From positions 5,504 through 69,503 of the forward strand of contig JAKEFM010000240.1 of the NCBI GenBank assembly GCA_022616055.1: a DNA stretch of 64,000 nucleotides, in the 5' to 3' direction. Position numbers and translations under genes: made by a program. Below, piece by piece: positions 25,968-34,895 of the stretch. The notes beneath the pieces were generated by a model, which did no database searches, was not told where the DNA came from, and saw nothing but the letters and a program-made list of their open reading frames with translations. Origin of the DNA: Planctomycetota bacterium. GTDB taxonomy: Bacteria > Planctomycetota > UBA1135 > JAKEFM01. Position 1 is the stretch's first letter; each line of letters begins with the position of its first letter.

Positions 25968-27902
25968 ATGCGCCATCGGGCCTTCGGACTTCAGGCTCGG
26001 CGAGTAGCCGTCGCTTCCTCGTTCCTCGCCTCCGCCGGTCTCGCGCAGAGTCCCGCGATCCTCCGCGCCGGCTCCCCCGGACCCGGGCTCACTCTCGCCT
26101 CGGGCTCTCACGTCGAGGACCACATGGGGGTGGCGGTGTCCGGCGGCGGGGACTTCAACGGAGACGGATACCCCGACCTGCTGATCGGCGGAGGGGCCGC
26201 GCAGATCGCGAGCGGGCTGCAGCCCGGCGCCGCGGCGATCGTCTACGGGGGTCCGTCGATGCCGCCGGTCACCTACCTCGGAGACACCTCCCCGGGGTCG
26301 GTGTACCTCCTCGGGCAGGCCGACGCGGACTTCGCGGGCTGGGCCCTCTCCTTCGCGGGAGACGTGAACGCCGACGGCTACGACGACGTCGTCGTCGGGG
26401 CCTACGCGGCGGACTCGGCGGGATCCCTCGACACGGGGGCCGCGTACGTGGTCTTCGGAGGGCCCGTCGCGACCGGCACCTATTCGCTCCCCAACCCGCC
26501 GATGGGGGGGATGGTGCTCCTCGGCGCGGAGCCGAACGAGCGCGTCGGATTCGCGGTCGCCGGCGCGGGGGACGTGAACGGGGACGGGTTCGACGACGTC
26601 CTCGTCGGGGCTCCCCTGGCCGACACCGCCGGCCTGATGGACGGGGGGAAGGTCTTTCTCCTCTACGGCTCGCCGAACCCGCCTCCCTTCCTCACCGAAG
26701 CGACGCTCGGCGCGAACGGGGTCGTGATGATCCCCGAGGCGGCGTTCGGGTCCGCGGGCTTCGCGGTCGCCGGGGCGGGGGACGTCAACGGGGACGGCCT
26801 CGACGACATGCTCGTCGGCTCGCCGACGTTCTTCACCGGAGGGGTCTTCGCCGGACGGGCCTACCTCGTGGCGGGAGGGCCGAGCCTCCCTCCGACCCTC
26901 CTCCTCGGCTCCGCGCTCGCGCTCATCTTCGGACCCCCCGAGAACGGTCTCTGCGGGCACGCCCTGGCCGGGGTCGGCGACCTCGATGCGGACGGGTACG
27001 ACGACATCCTCGTGGGGGCTCCGTACTACGACCCGCTCTCGCGGGCAGACGCCGGCTCGGCCTACCTCTTTCTCGGCGGGGCCTCCCTGTCGGGCTCGGT
27101 CCTCCTGCCGGGGGGCGTCGCGACCACCTTCGTCGGGGCGAACGACCTCGATCGGGCGGGCCAGGCGCTCTCCGGGGCGGGGGACGTCGACGGGGACGGG
27201 GTCCTCGACTTCCTCATCGGGGCTCCCTACTGGGACGACCCCGCCGGCGCGAGCGAGGGGAGGACCTACCTGATCCTCGGCGAGGTCCCGATGCCGGCCT
27301 ACGTCGACCTCGCGCTCCCGGGACGCTCGACCGTCGTCCTCCAGGGGACCGAGCCCGCGGGGATCCTCGGCTTCGCGCTCTCCGGATGCGGGGACGTCGA
27401 CGGGGACGGGTACGACGACGTCGTCGCCTGCGCGCCCTACGCGGATCCCCTCGGGCTCTTCAACGGCGGGACGAGCGCCCTCTTCTACGGGGGGAGGACC
27501 CCCGACGTCGTCGGGGCGGGCTGCTCGGGCTCGGCGGGCGCGGAGCCCCAGGCCTGGTTCTCGGGGGACTTCCCCCGCGTCGGCGCGTCCACCTTCGCCC
27601 TGACCCTCGGGGGAGCCACGCCGGGGAGCGTCGCCGCCCTCGCGGTCGGCGTGCCGCTCCCCCCGACCTGGCCAGGCATCCCCCTCGCCCAGTACGGGCT
27701 TCCCGGCTGCATGTTCCGGGTCCTCCCCTCGCTCCTCCTCAACACGGTCGTCGATCCGGACGGCGCGGCCGACTTCCCCACGCCGATCCCCAACTCCGCC
27801 TCCCTCCTCGGCTTCTCCGCCGACGTCCAGTGGGTGGTCGTCGGCCTCCCCGGTCCGTTCGTCTCCGCCTCGGACCCGATCCGGATCCTGGTCGGCCCCT
27901 GA
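25968..27902 (+). CDS. secreted FG-GAP (integrin-alpha-like) repeat protein
   Basis: ATG 25968 with a signal peptide. At least 7 repeats of the form G.(A/S).(A/G)GDVNGDG(Y/F)DD(V/L)(L/V)(V/I)GAP. Distinct C-terminal Cys-pair domain. Confidence 0.85.
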   Translation: MRHRAFGLQARRVAVASSFLASAGLAQSPAILRAGSPGPGLTLASGSHVEDHMGVAVSGGGDFNGDGYPDLLIGGGAAQIASGLQPGAAAIVYGGPSMPPVTYLGDTSPGSVYLLGQADADFAGWALSFAGDVNADGYDDVVVGAYAADSAGSLDTGAAYVVFGGPVATGTYSLPNPPMGGMVLLGAEPNERVGFAVAGAGDVNGDGFDDVLVGAPLADTAGLMDGGKVFLLYGSPNPPPFLTEATLGANGVVMIPEAAFGSAGFAVAGAGDVNGDGLDDMLVGSPTFFTGGVFAGRAYLVAGGPSLPPTLLLGSALALIFGPPENGLCGHALAGVGDLDADGYDDILVGAPYYDPLSRADAGSAYLFLGGASLSGSVLLPGGVATTFVGANDLDRAGQALSGAGDVDGDGVLDFLIGAPYWDDPAGASEGRTYLILGEVPMPAYVDLALPGRSTVVLQGTEPAGILGFALSGCGDVDGDGYDDVVACAPYADPLGLFNGGTSALFYGGRTPDVVGAGCSGSAGAEPQAWFSGDFPRVGASTFALTLGGATPGSVAALAVGVPLPPTWPGIPLAQYGLPGCMFRVLPSLLLNTVVDPDGAADFPTPIPNSASLLGFSADVQWVVVGLPGPFVSASDPIRILVGP

Positions 27903-27986
27903 CGGGCGGGGCGCTCCCTCGATAGCATGCCGCCGATCCCGCCGAGGCCGGCGGGTCCCGGAAACCGCATCCGCATGGAGGCCGCC

Positions 27987-28658
27987 ATGTCCGAACCCGC
28001 CACCCTGACCCCCGCACCGACCCTCCCGCGTCTGAACGAACCCGCCCCCGACTTCGAGGCGACGACCTCGCAGGGGTCCTTTCGCCTCTCGGAGAAGCGC
28101 GGGAAGTGGGTCGTCCTCTTCTCCCACCCCGCCGACTTCACGCCGGTCTGCACGACCGAGTTCGTCGAGTTCGCGAAGCGCTACGAGGAGTTCCGCAAGC
28201 GCAACGTCGAGCTCGTCGGCCTGTCCGTCGACTCCGGCTTCTCCCACATCGGCTGGATCCGGAACATCGAGTCGACCTTCAAGATCCAGATCCCCTTCCC
28301 CGTGATCGCCGACCGCGACATGCGGATCGCCCAGCTCTACGGGATGATCCACAAGGCGGCGAGCGACACGGCGACCGTCCGCTGCGTCTTCTTCATCGAC
28401 GACAAGGGGACGATCCGGGCGATGATCTACTACCCGATGACGAACGGGCGGAACATGGACGAGATCCTCCGCCTCGTCGACGCGATCCAGACGAGCGACA
28501 AGCACGCCTGCGCGACCCCGGCGAACTGGCGGCCCGGCGAGAAGGTCATCGTCCCCCCGCCGAAGACGACCGCGGACGCGACGAAGCGGACGACCGAGGG
28601 GTACGAGTGCAAGGACTGGTACCTCTGCTTCAAGGAGGTCCCCGCGACGAGCCGCTAG
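27987..28658 (+). CDS. 1-Cys peroxiredoxin (Prx6-like)
   Basis: Peroxidatic motif FSHPADFTPVCTTEF and a conserved C-terminal extension. ATG 27987 was chosen; alternatives are ATG 27975 and the annotated ORF start 27927. Confidence 0.9.
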   Translation: MSEPATLTPAPTLPRLNEPAPDFEATTSQGSFRLSEKRGKWVVLFSHPADFTPVCTTEFVEFAKRYEEFRKRNVELVGLSVDSGFSHIGWIRNIESTFKIQIPFPVIADRDMRIAQLYGMIHKAASDTATVRCVFFIDDKGTIRAMIYYPMTNGRNMDEILRLVDAIQTSDKHACATPANWRPGEKVIVPPPKTTADATKRTTEGYECKDWYLCFKEVPATSR

Positions 28659-28681
28659 CCCCGTCGCGCGCCGATTTCGCC

Positions 28682-28708
28682 GCCGCCGCCCCCCCCCGGG
28701 GCGGCGGC
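28682..28708 (+). terminator. GC hairpin immediately downstream of the peroxiredoxin gene (candidate terminator)
   Basis: An 11-bp perfect stem GCCGCCGCCCC / GGGGCGGCGGC with a CCCCC loop, followed only by TT (weak U tract). Confidence 0.4.
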
Positions 28709-28753
28709 TTCCGCATGCACGGCGCCGGTCCCGGGCCGACTTGACATCGTCCA

Positions 28754-28759
28754 TATCCT
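28754..28759 (+). promoter_or_regulatory. candidate -10 hexamer TATCCT for the riboswitch transcript
   Basis: An AT-rich island (CCATATCCTTTTTCC) 16 nt upstream of the riboswitch P1 helix. It is the same hexamer as upstream of pyrK. Confidence 0.25.
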
Positions 28760-28774
28760 TTTTCCTGGAGAGAA

Positions 28775-28869
28775 CGCCTTCATCCAGGGCAAACCGTCCG
28801 AAAGGGCGGGACGCAAAGCCAAGGGCCCACCCCCTCCTCTCGAGGGCGGGCAGCCGGTTGCTGAGGGCG
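28775..28869 (+). promoter_or_regulatory. cyclic-di-GMP-I (GEMM-I) riboswitch aptamer
   Basis: Core CAGGGCAAACCGUCCGAAAGGGCGGGACGCAAAGCC at 28785-28820. GAAA-capped hairpin at 28794-28809. Second hairpin at 28823-28855. 3' junction GGCAGCCGGUUGC. 8-bp closing helix CGCCUUCA/UGAGGGCG. It sits on the same strand as the next gene and 169 nt upstream of it. Confidence 0.8.
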
Positions 28870-29037
28870 CCATGGGGACTCATGGTGCAGGCAGCCGGAT
28901 TCCATCGGACGGAGCGGGGCGCGCGGCCCCTCCCTCCTCCCCTCCGGACCCCCTGCGCCGGGCCCCGCATCGCGCCCGCGGTCCCCTCCGAGGACCGCGG
29001 GATGGGCGCCGGAACGGTGCGCACAAGGGGGTTGGCC

Positions 29038-30177
29038 ATGAATCAAGGGTCTCGCCGGGGTTCCGTCCTCTTCATCCTCCTCTTCTCGGTCGTGCTCGTC
29101 GGGGGGGCGATCGCCTCCCTCGTCTCGGTCGAGCAGGCCCGCTCGAGCGCCTCCCGCACCGACTGCGAGCGCCAGCGCGCCTTCGCCCTCGCGGAGTCGG
29201 CGACGGACACCGTCGCCGTCCTCCTCAACGCGAACGCCTGGCCCGCGGGGACCACCCTCGACTGGTCGGCCGACGGGATCGACAACGACGGGGACGGGCT
29301 CGCCGACGAGGGGGACGAGTCGCTCCGGGCGACGGCGGACCTCTGGGGCTCGGACGCCGCCGACAACGACGGCGACGGGTCGGTCGACGAGTCCGACGAG
29401 CGGATCGCGCGGGTCTCCGCGACGGTGGACCTCGGCACCTCGCAGAGCCGGATGACGAGCTGGCTGCGCCTCGTCGAGGCCTCCCTGCCGGAGACGGTCC
29501 CCGCACCCCTCACCCTCCTCGACCCGAACGCCGACGTCGACTTCGACGGGAACGCGTTCCGCGTCAACGGCGCGGACACGAACCTCGACGGCACGCTGGC
29601 GGGCGCCTCGACCTACGGGATCGCGATCGACGGATCCCCCACGCAGGTGAAGACCCAGCTCACCACGAAGGAGAAGCTCCTCGTCTCCGGGCTGGGCGGG
29701 GCTCCGAGCGTCGGGTCCTGGTCGCCGGGCACGACCAACTACGTCCAGTCGATGGTCGACGCCTTCCGCCCCTACGCCGACATCACCTTCAACAACTTCG
29801 GCAAGTCCTACACGGGAACCCTCGGGGACTGGAAGACCTCGAACTACCTCGTCACCTACTCCCACGGGTCGCTCCAGATCTCCGGCGGCTCGACCGGCGC
29901 CGGCGTCCTCCTCGTCGAGGGGGACCTCGAGATCTCGGGGGGGTGGGACTACGTCGGGTACGTCTTCGTCACCGGCAGGGTTCGCTTCGTCGGCGGCGGG
30001 GAGGGGGTCCGCCTGCAAGGGGTGATGTTCGTCGGCGGGGACGTCCTCCAGCCTACCGGGACGCTCCTCGACGCGCTCCTCTCCGGGACCGTCGACCTCG
30101 TCTACTCCTCGGAGGCCCTCCGGCGGGTCCGTGCCGGGGTCGGCAACTACCAGGTCACCGCGATCACCGAACCCTAG
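29038..30177 (+). CDS. PilX-N-like membrane-anchored protein with two DxDxDG calcium-binding-type motifs and a beta-helix-like C-terminus
   Basis: ATG 29038 is preceded by AAGGGGG. N-terminus MNQGSRRGSVLFILLFSVVLVGGAIASL resembles the PilX N-terminal domain. IDNDGDGLADEGDE and ADNDGDGSVDESDE motifs. C-terminal G-rich repeats (GSLQISGG...GDLEISGG...GRVRFVGGGEG). Confidence 0.75.
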   Translation: MNQGSRRGSVLFILLFSVVLVGGAIASLVSVEQARSSASRTDCERQRAFALAESATDTVAVLLNANAWPAGTTLDWSADGIDNDGDGLADEGDESLRATADLWGSDAADNDGDGSVDESDERIARVSATVDLGTSQSRMTSWLRLVEASLPETVPAPLTLLDPNADVDFDGNAFRVNGADTNLDGTLAGASTYGIAIDGSPTQVKTQLTTKEKLLVSGLGGAPSVGSWSPGTTNYVQSMVDAFRPYADITFNNFGKSYTGTLGDWKTSNYLVTYSHGSLQISGGSTGAGVLLVEGDLEISGGWDYVGYVFVTGRVRFVGGGEGVRLQGVMFVGGDVLQPTGTLLDALLSGTVDLVYSSEALRRVRAGVGNYQVTAITEP

Positions 30178-30289
30178 GACGGCCACGGTCGTCCGCGTTC
30201 TCTCCTCGCGGCCGCGGAAACCCCGCGGCCGCCCTGTTTCCCCCCCTTCCCCGCCTCCGGGGCCCCCGCTAGCGTCCCCGGCACCCCCG

Positions 30290-31045
30290 ATGCCGCGCAC
30301 GCTTCACCGCCCTGCTCGAGCCCGCGGCGCGAGGAAGCCCGCGAGGCGGAAGGGGAGGAAGTTCGACCTCGAGGCCGCGCGCCCCCGCGCCCTCGCGATC
30401 GCGCGCCTCCTTCACGAGGCCCACCCGGGGGCGACCTGCGCGCTCCGGCACGAGGGCCCCCTCCAGCTCCTCGTCGCGACGATCCTCTCCGCGCAGTGCA
30501 CGGACGCGCGGGTGAACCTCGTCACCCCCGACCTCTTCGCCCGCTTCCGGACGGCCGCCGACTTCGCGGGCGCCCCGCGAGGCGCCCTCGAGCGCGCCAT
30601 CCGCTCCTGCGGCTTCTACAACGCGAAGGCGAAGTCGATCCGCGGCGCCTGCCGGCGCCTCGTCGAGGCGTACGGGGGGGAGGTCCCCCGGAGGATGGAG
30701 GACCTCCTCACTCTCCCCGGCGTCGCCCGCAAGACCGCGAACGTCGTCCTCGGCACCGCCTTCGGCATCCCGTCGGGGTTCGTCGTCGACACCCACGTCC
30801 ACCGCCTGGCGCAGCGGCTCGCGCTGACGGGCCAGGACACGCCGGAGAAGATCGAGACGGACCTGACGGTCCTCTTCCCCCGGGGGGAGTGGATCTTCGC
30901 CGGGCACGCCCTCATCTGGCACGGCCGGCTCGTCTGCCAGGCGCGGAAGCCCGCCTGCCACCGCTGCACCCTCCGCGACCTCTGCCCCTTTGAGCCGAAG
31001 ACTCCGGCGCCCGAAGGGGAGTTATTCGCCGACCCTTCCGCCTGA
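30290..31045 (+). CDS. nth: endonuclease III
   Basis: HhH-GPD motif LPGVARKTANVVL, catalytic-region residues, and the 4Fe-4S cluster C-X6-C-X2-C-X5-C (CQARKPACHRCTLRDLC). ATG 30290. Confidence 0.9.
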   Translation: MPRTLHRPARARGARKPARRKGRKFDLEAARPRALAIARLLHEAHPGATCALRHEGPLQLLVATILSAQCTDARVNLVTPDLFARFRTAADFAGAPRGALERAIRSCGFYNAKAKSIRGACRRLVEAYGGEVPRRMEDLLTLPGVARKTANVVLGTAFGIPSGFVVDTHVHRLAQRLALTGQDTPEKIETDLTVLFPRGEWIFAGHALIWHGRLVCQARKPACHRCTLRDLCPFEPKTPAPEGELFADPSA

Positions 31046-32908
31046 GGGGACCCGACCGGTCCCGGCCGCTCCCGGGACCTTGGAGGCGTGCTCCCGCAGG
31101 ATGCGTAGGACCTCGGCGATGGCCTTCGGGTTCTCGTGGATGTCGTGGCCCCCCTCCACCACGAGCTCGGAGGCGGCGCCCTCGAGGTGGGCGCTCTCGT
31201 AGGGGACCACGCCGTCCGTGCCCTCCGGCCCCATCTTCCGGGTCCGATCCCCGAGGATGCTGTGGTAGGTCACCCACGGAGCGATCGGGATCTGCGCCAG
31301 CGCCCGCAGGACCACGTGCGAGGGAGAGAGCACGTCCACGCTGCTCGGCGCGGCGAGCGTCTCCGGCCGCATCGCGCCGGGGTTCCGCGTCTCCACCTCC
31401 TTGGCGAAGTCCGACACCCTCCTGGGGTGGGAGAGGAGGAGATCGCCGAGCCTCCCGATGAAGGAGTCGGCCTCGGCGCTACCGCGGTGGGGAGCCGCGA
31501 GGAAGATCGCCCGTCGGACGAACGGGAGTGGCTCGAAGAAAAAGGTCCTCTCCGCGTACTGGCGGCCCTCCTCGGAGAGGTCGAGGGTCGAGAGGGGCTT
31601 CGCGAACCGCGCATCCCAGAGGCGCTCGCCGCTGTGCTGGAGGACCGTCTTGACGAGGACCCCGCCCAGGCTGTGACCGACGAGGACGAGGTCCGCGGTC
31701 GCGGGGTCGTCCCCTTCCGGGTCGAGGTCCTTCCGGACCCGGACCAGGGCCTCGCGCAGGTCGCGGGCGTTGTTCAGGACGGGGGCGCCCGTCGGATAGG
31801 TGTAGTGCCAGACCTGATAGCGGGCGCGGAGGGCCTCCTCGCCCCAGATCTCGTTCGTGAGGTCCCGCCACTTGAGGGGGCTCGACCACAGGCCGTGGAC
31901 GAGGACGACGGGGATCTTTCCCGCGTCGTAGGCCTCGACGAGGAAGATGCCCTGACGCACGCGCTTCGCGTCCGGGTCGAAGAACGCCGTGTTCTTGAGG
32001 GAGGGGAGCCGGGAGCGGGCGAGGAGGTAGGCATAGGGCGCGGTGAGGTCGGCGGCGATCGGGACCGTCCGTCCTCCGATGTCCCGCGTCGACGTGCGCC
32101 AAGGATTCGAGAGGACGATCGCGAGGGTCCCTTCCCTCGATCCGGGCAGGAGGAGGAGGGTCGCCGGGTAGGCGCGACCCTCGGGGGGGTAGTAGGGCTC
32201 CTGCCTCGAGGGGACTCCCTCGCGAAGTCCGATCAGGGGGACCCCGAGGCCGGGCCTCGCGTGACGGGACCGGAAGCCGCGGATCGCGAACCGCACGGAG
32301 GGGAGGAGATCGTCGAAGAACTCCGGACCCCACTCCCCCTCCGCCGGCTCCGGGCGCTCGATGTCGTAGCGGCCCGAGAGACTCTCGAGCGCGGTCCATC
32401 CGGCGGGAGGACCCGAGGTCCGACACTTCCGGACGAAGAACTCCGACCCGGCGTAGTTGTAGAGGTCCTGGAGGATGGCGAAGCGAGGGTCGAACGCCGG
32501 GTCGACCGGCCAGGGTCGCAGGAGGGCGCGGAGGGAGACGAGGGCCGCCTCGAGGAAGGCAGGGGCGGCTTCGCGGTCCAGCCTGTGCTGCGCCCGGAGG
32601 CAGAGGAGCTCGGCCAGGAGGAGGGATATCCCGGGCTCCGGGGCGGGGAGAGGAGTGAGGGCCGCGAGCGCCTCCTCCGGCTTGGCCTCGAGGAGGCGCT
32701 CCTCCCCGAGCGCGCGGAGGAGGTTCTCCGAGGGGAGGCTCAGCCGGTCTCCTCCGGCCGCGCTCCTCCCCCGGTCGGCGAACCCCTCCCTCGCCCCGAT
32801 CTCCCGGACGGAGACGGGGTTCGTCGAGCAGGCGCACGCGAGCGCCGCGAGGAGGAGGAGGGGGAGCGACCCGCTCCTCCGGGGGCCGCGCGTTCCGGCC
32901 TCCTTCAT
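31022..32908 (-). CDS. alpha/beta-hydrolase (lipase/esterase-like) lipoprotein
   Basis: ATG 32908. Lipoprotein-like signal LLLLAALACACS. Nucleophile elbow VGHSLGG. Only the 3' 628 codons of track ORF 31022..35002 are credible. Confidence 0.8.
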   Translation of the reverse strand: MKEAGTRGPRRSGSLPLLLLAALACACSTNPVSVREIGAREGFADRGRSAAGGDRLSLPSENLLRALGEERLLEAKPEEALAALTPLPAPEPGISLLLAELLCLRAQHRLDREAAPAFLEAALVSLRALLRPWPVDPAFDPRFAILQDLYNYAGSEFFVRKCRTSGPPAGWTALESLSGRYDIERPEPAEGEWGPEFFDDLLPSVRFAIRGFRSRHARPGLGVPLIGLREGVPSRQEPYYPPEGRAYPATLLLLPGSREGTLAIVLSNPWRTSTRDIGGRTVPIAADLTAPYAYLLARSRLPSLKNTAFFDPDAKRVRQGIFLVEAYDAGKIPVVLVHGLWSSPLKWRDLTNEIWGEEALRARYQVWHYTYPTGAPVLNNARDLREALVRVRKDLDPEGDDPATADLVLVGHSLGGVLVKTVLQHSGERLWDARFAKPLSTLDLSEEGRQYAERTFFFEPLPFVRRAIFLAAPHRGSAEADSFIGRLGDLLLSHPRRVSDFAKEVETRNPGAMRPETLAAPSSVDVLSPSHVVLRALAQIPIAPWVTYHSILGDRTRKMGPEGTDGVVPYESAHLEGAASELVVEGGHDIHENPKAIAEVLRILREHASKVPGAAGTGRVPSGGRVGE

Positions 32909-32940
32909 CGCGCCTCGAGCATGGTCCGGTCCCGGCCGGA

Positions 32941-34881
32941 TCAGAACGCGCCGCAGTCGCAGGCGAGCGCGGGTCCCGGCTCCCGGCCGGAGTCCCGTTC
33001 TCCGAGGACGCGGCGCTCGGCGCGACCATGGAGCGGCCCTCCGGCCGCGCCCGGGGACGCGCCCCGGCGGGCGCCGCCGGCGGCCGCGACGGGCGACCAG
33101 CCCGGACTCACGGGGAGCGGCCCCGGACCGAGGGGCGCGAACTCCGCGGCGGCGTGGACGATCCTCCCCGCGAGGAGGGTGAGGACCGACTCGATCCCCC
33201 GGATCTCCCGTTCGGGAACCGAGAAGTAGTCGGCGGACAGGACTGCGAGATCGGCGAGCTGCCCGGGCGCGATCGCGCCCTTCTTCCCCTCCTCGCTCGA
33301 GAACCAGGGGGCCGCGCTCGTGTAGAGCCGGAGCGCTTCCATCCGGTCGAGCCGGTTCGACTCGGGATAGAGCGCCAGGCCGCCGACCGTCCTCCCGCTG
33401 ACGAGCCACTGGAGCGCCACCCACGGGTTGTAGCTCGCCACGCGCGTCCCGTCGGTCCCGGCGGCGACGGGGAGGCCGGCCCGGAGCATCCCCGCGATCG
33501 GGGGCGCGGCGGCGGCCGCCTCCGCGCCGTACCGCGCGACGAAGTGCTCCCCCTGGTAGGCCATCCGGTGCTGGATCGCGATGCCGCCGCCGAGCGCGCG
33601 CACGCGGTCGATGTTCCGGGGCGAGATCGTCTCGGCGTGGTCGAAGAACCAGTGGAGCCCGTCGAAGGGGACCTCCCGGTCCACCTTCTCGAAGACCCCG
33701 AGGAACCGGGAAATCGACTCGTCGTAGGTCGCGTGGAGGCGGAAGGGCCACCGGTGCCGGGCGAGGTGGCGGACGACAGCCTCGAGCTCCCCTTCGAGGG
33801 AGGCGGAGAGGTCGGGACGGGGCTCGAGGAAGTGCTCGAAGTCGGCGGCCGAGTAGACGAGCATCTCCCCTGCGCCGTTGACGCGATAGAGGTCGTCGCC
33901 GCGGCCCGGCGCCGTCCGGCCCGTCCACCTCGAGAAGTCGTCGAGCTCCCCGCCCGGCCGCTGGGTGAAGAGGTTGATCGCGATCCGGAGCGTCAGCTCC
34001 CCCCGGCGGTGGAGCTCCTCCACGACCGCGTAGTCCTCGGGGTAGTTCTGGAATCCGCCCCCCGCGTCGATGGCGCTCGTCAGTCCGAGGCGGTTCAGCT
34101 CGCGCTGGAACTGGCGGGCGGAGTTGATCCGGTCCTCCCCCGCGAGGGTCGGCGCCGCCGAGAGGGTCTTGTAGAGGAGGAAGGCGTTCGGCTTGGCGAG
34201 GAGGAGCCCGCTCGGCTCCCCCTTCCCGTCGCGCTCGATCACGCCCCCCGGCGGCGCGGGCGTGTCCTTCGTCCAGCCGAGCGCCCTCAGCGCCGCGCGG
34301 TTGAGGAGCGCCCGATCGTAGAGGTGGAGGACGAAGACCGGGACGTCGGGGGAGGCGGCCTCGATCTCCTCGAGCGTCGGCATCCGCCGCTCCGCGAACT
34401 GGAACTCGCTCCAGCCGCCGACCACCCGCACCCACTGGGGGGCGGGGGTGCGCGCCGCCTGCTCCTCGAGCCGGCGCAGCGCGTCGGCGAGGGAGGGGAT
34501 CCCGTCCCAGCGCAGCTCGAGGTTGTAGTGGAGCCCTCCCCGGACGACGTGCAGGTGGGAGTCGTTCAGCCCCGGGACGACGGTCTTCCCCCGGGCGTCG
34601 AGGAGCCGCGTTCCCGGTCCCCGGTGGGCGAGGACCGCCTCCTCCTCGCCGACGGCGAGGAACCGCCCCTCGCGCACCGCCAGCGCGCGGACGAAGGGGC
34701 GTCGCGGGTCGAGCGTGGCGATCCGCCCGTTCGCGAGGATGAGATCCGCGGAGTCCTTCCGGTTCCGATCGAGCATGCCGCATCCTCCGATCGCGGAGGC
34801 GATCCCCAGGGCGAGACCGCCTCCGAGGAACTCGCGTCGCGTGGGCTCCGCCGCCCCGAGCCCCCCGTGATCGGCTCCCAC
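32941..34881 (-). CDS. Tat-exported amidohydrolase-family metallohydrolase (Amidohydro_3/YtcJ-like)
   Basis: Twin-arginine signal TRREFLGGGLALGIASAIGGC. Metal motif LNDSHLHV. Later HATYDE and GTDG motifs. GTG start. Confidence 0.85.
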   Translation of the reverse strand: MGADHGGLGAAEPTRREFLGGGLALGIASAIGGCGMLDRNRKDSADLILANGRIATLDPRRPFVRALAVREGRFLAVGEEEAVLAHRGPGTRLLDARGKTVVPGLNDSHLHVVRGGLHYNLELRWDGIPSLADALRRLEEQAARTPAPQWVRVVGGWSEFQFAERRMPTLEEIEAASPDVPVFVLHLYDRALLNRAALRALGWTKDTPAPPGGVIERDGKGEPSGLLLAKPNAFLLYKTLSAAPTLAGEDRINSARQFQRELNRLGLTSAIDAGGGFQNYPEDYAVVEELHRRGELTLRIAINLFTQRPGGELDDFSRWTGRTAPGRGDDLYRVNGAGEMLVYSAADFEHFLEPRPDLSASLEGELEAVVRHLARHRWPFRLHATYDESISRFLGVFEKVDREVPFDGLHWFFDHAETISPRNIDRVRALGGGIAIQHRMAYQGEHFVARYGAEAAAAAPPIAGMLRAGLPVAAGTDGTRVASYNPWVALQWLVSGRTVGGLALYPESNRLDRMEALRLYTSAAPWFSSEEGKKGAIAPGQLADLAVLSADYFSVPEREIRGIESVLTLLAGRIVHAAAEFAPLGPGPLPVSPGWSPVAAAGGARRGASPGAAGGPLHGRAERRVLGERDSGREPGPALACDCGAF

Positions 34882-34895
34882 CGCCGGGTCCGGGG

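Noticed and set aside
28741-29037. Coding interpretation of the 5' 99 codons of ORF 28741..30177, and TTGACA at 28741-46 as a -35 box
   Set aside because: The region folds into a GEMM-I aptamer, and the peptide (MTSSISFFLERTPSSRANRPKGRD...) has no signal or TM helix. The PilX-like hydrophobic N-terminus follows ATG 29038, which has its own SD. TTGACA has no -10-like hexamer at 16-18 nt spacing, and the nearest TAnnnT is only 7 nt away.
24075-29039. 1654-aa minus-strand ORF, and the similar giants 20656..24180 (-), 24272..27925 (+), 38143..41535 (+) and 50317..53688 (+, except its tsaD 3' part)
   Set aside because: They have the same Arg/Pro/Gly-rich junk composition. Each is antisense or out of frame to several well-supported genes (amidase, GT-C, FG-GAP, peroxiredoxin, kinase and others). 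Only the 3' segment of 50317..53688 (tsaD, from 52657) is real.
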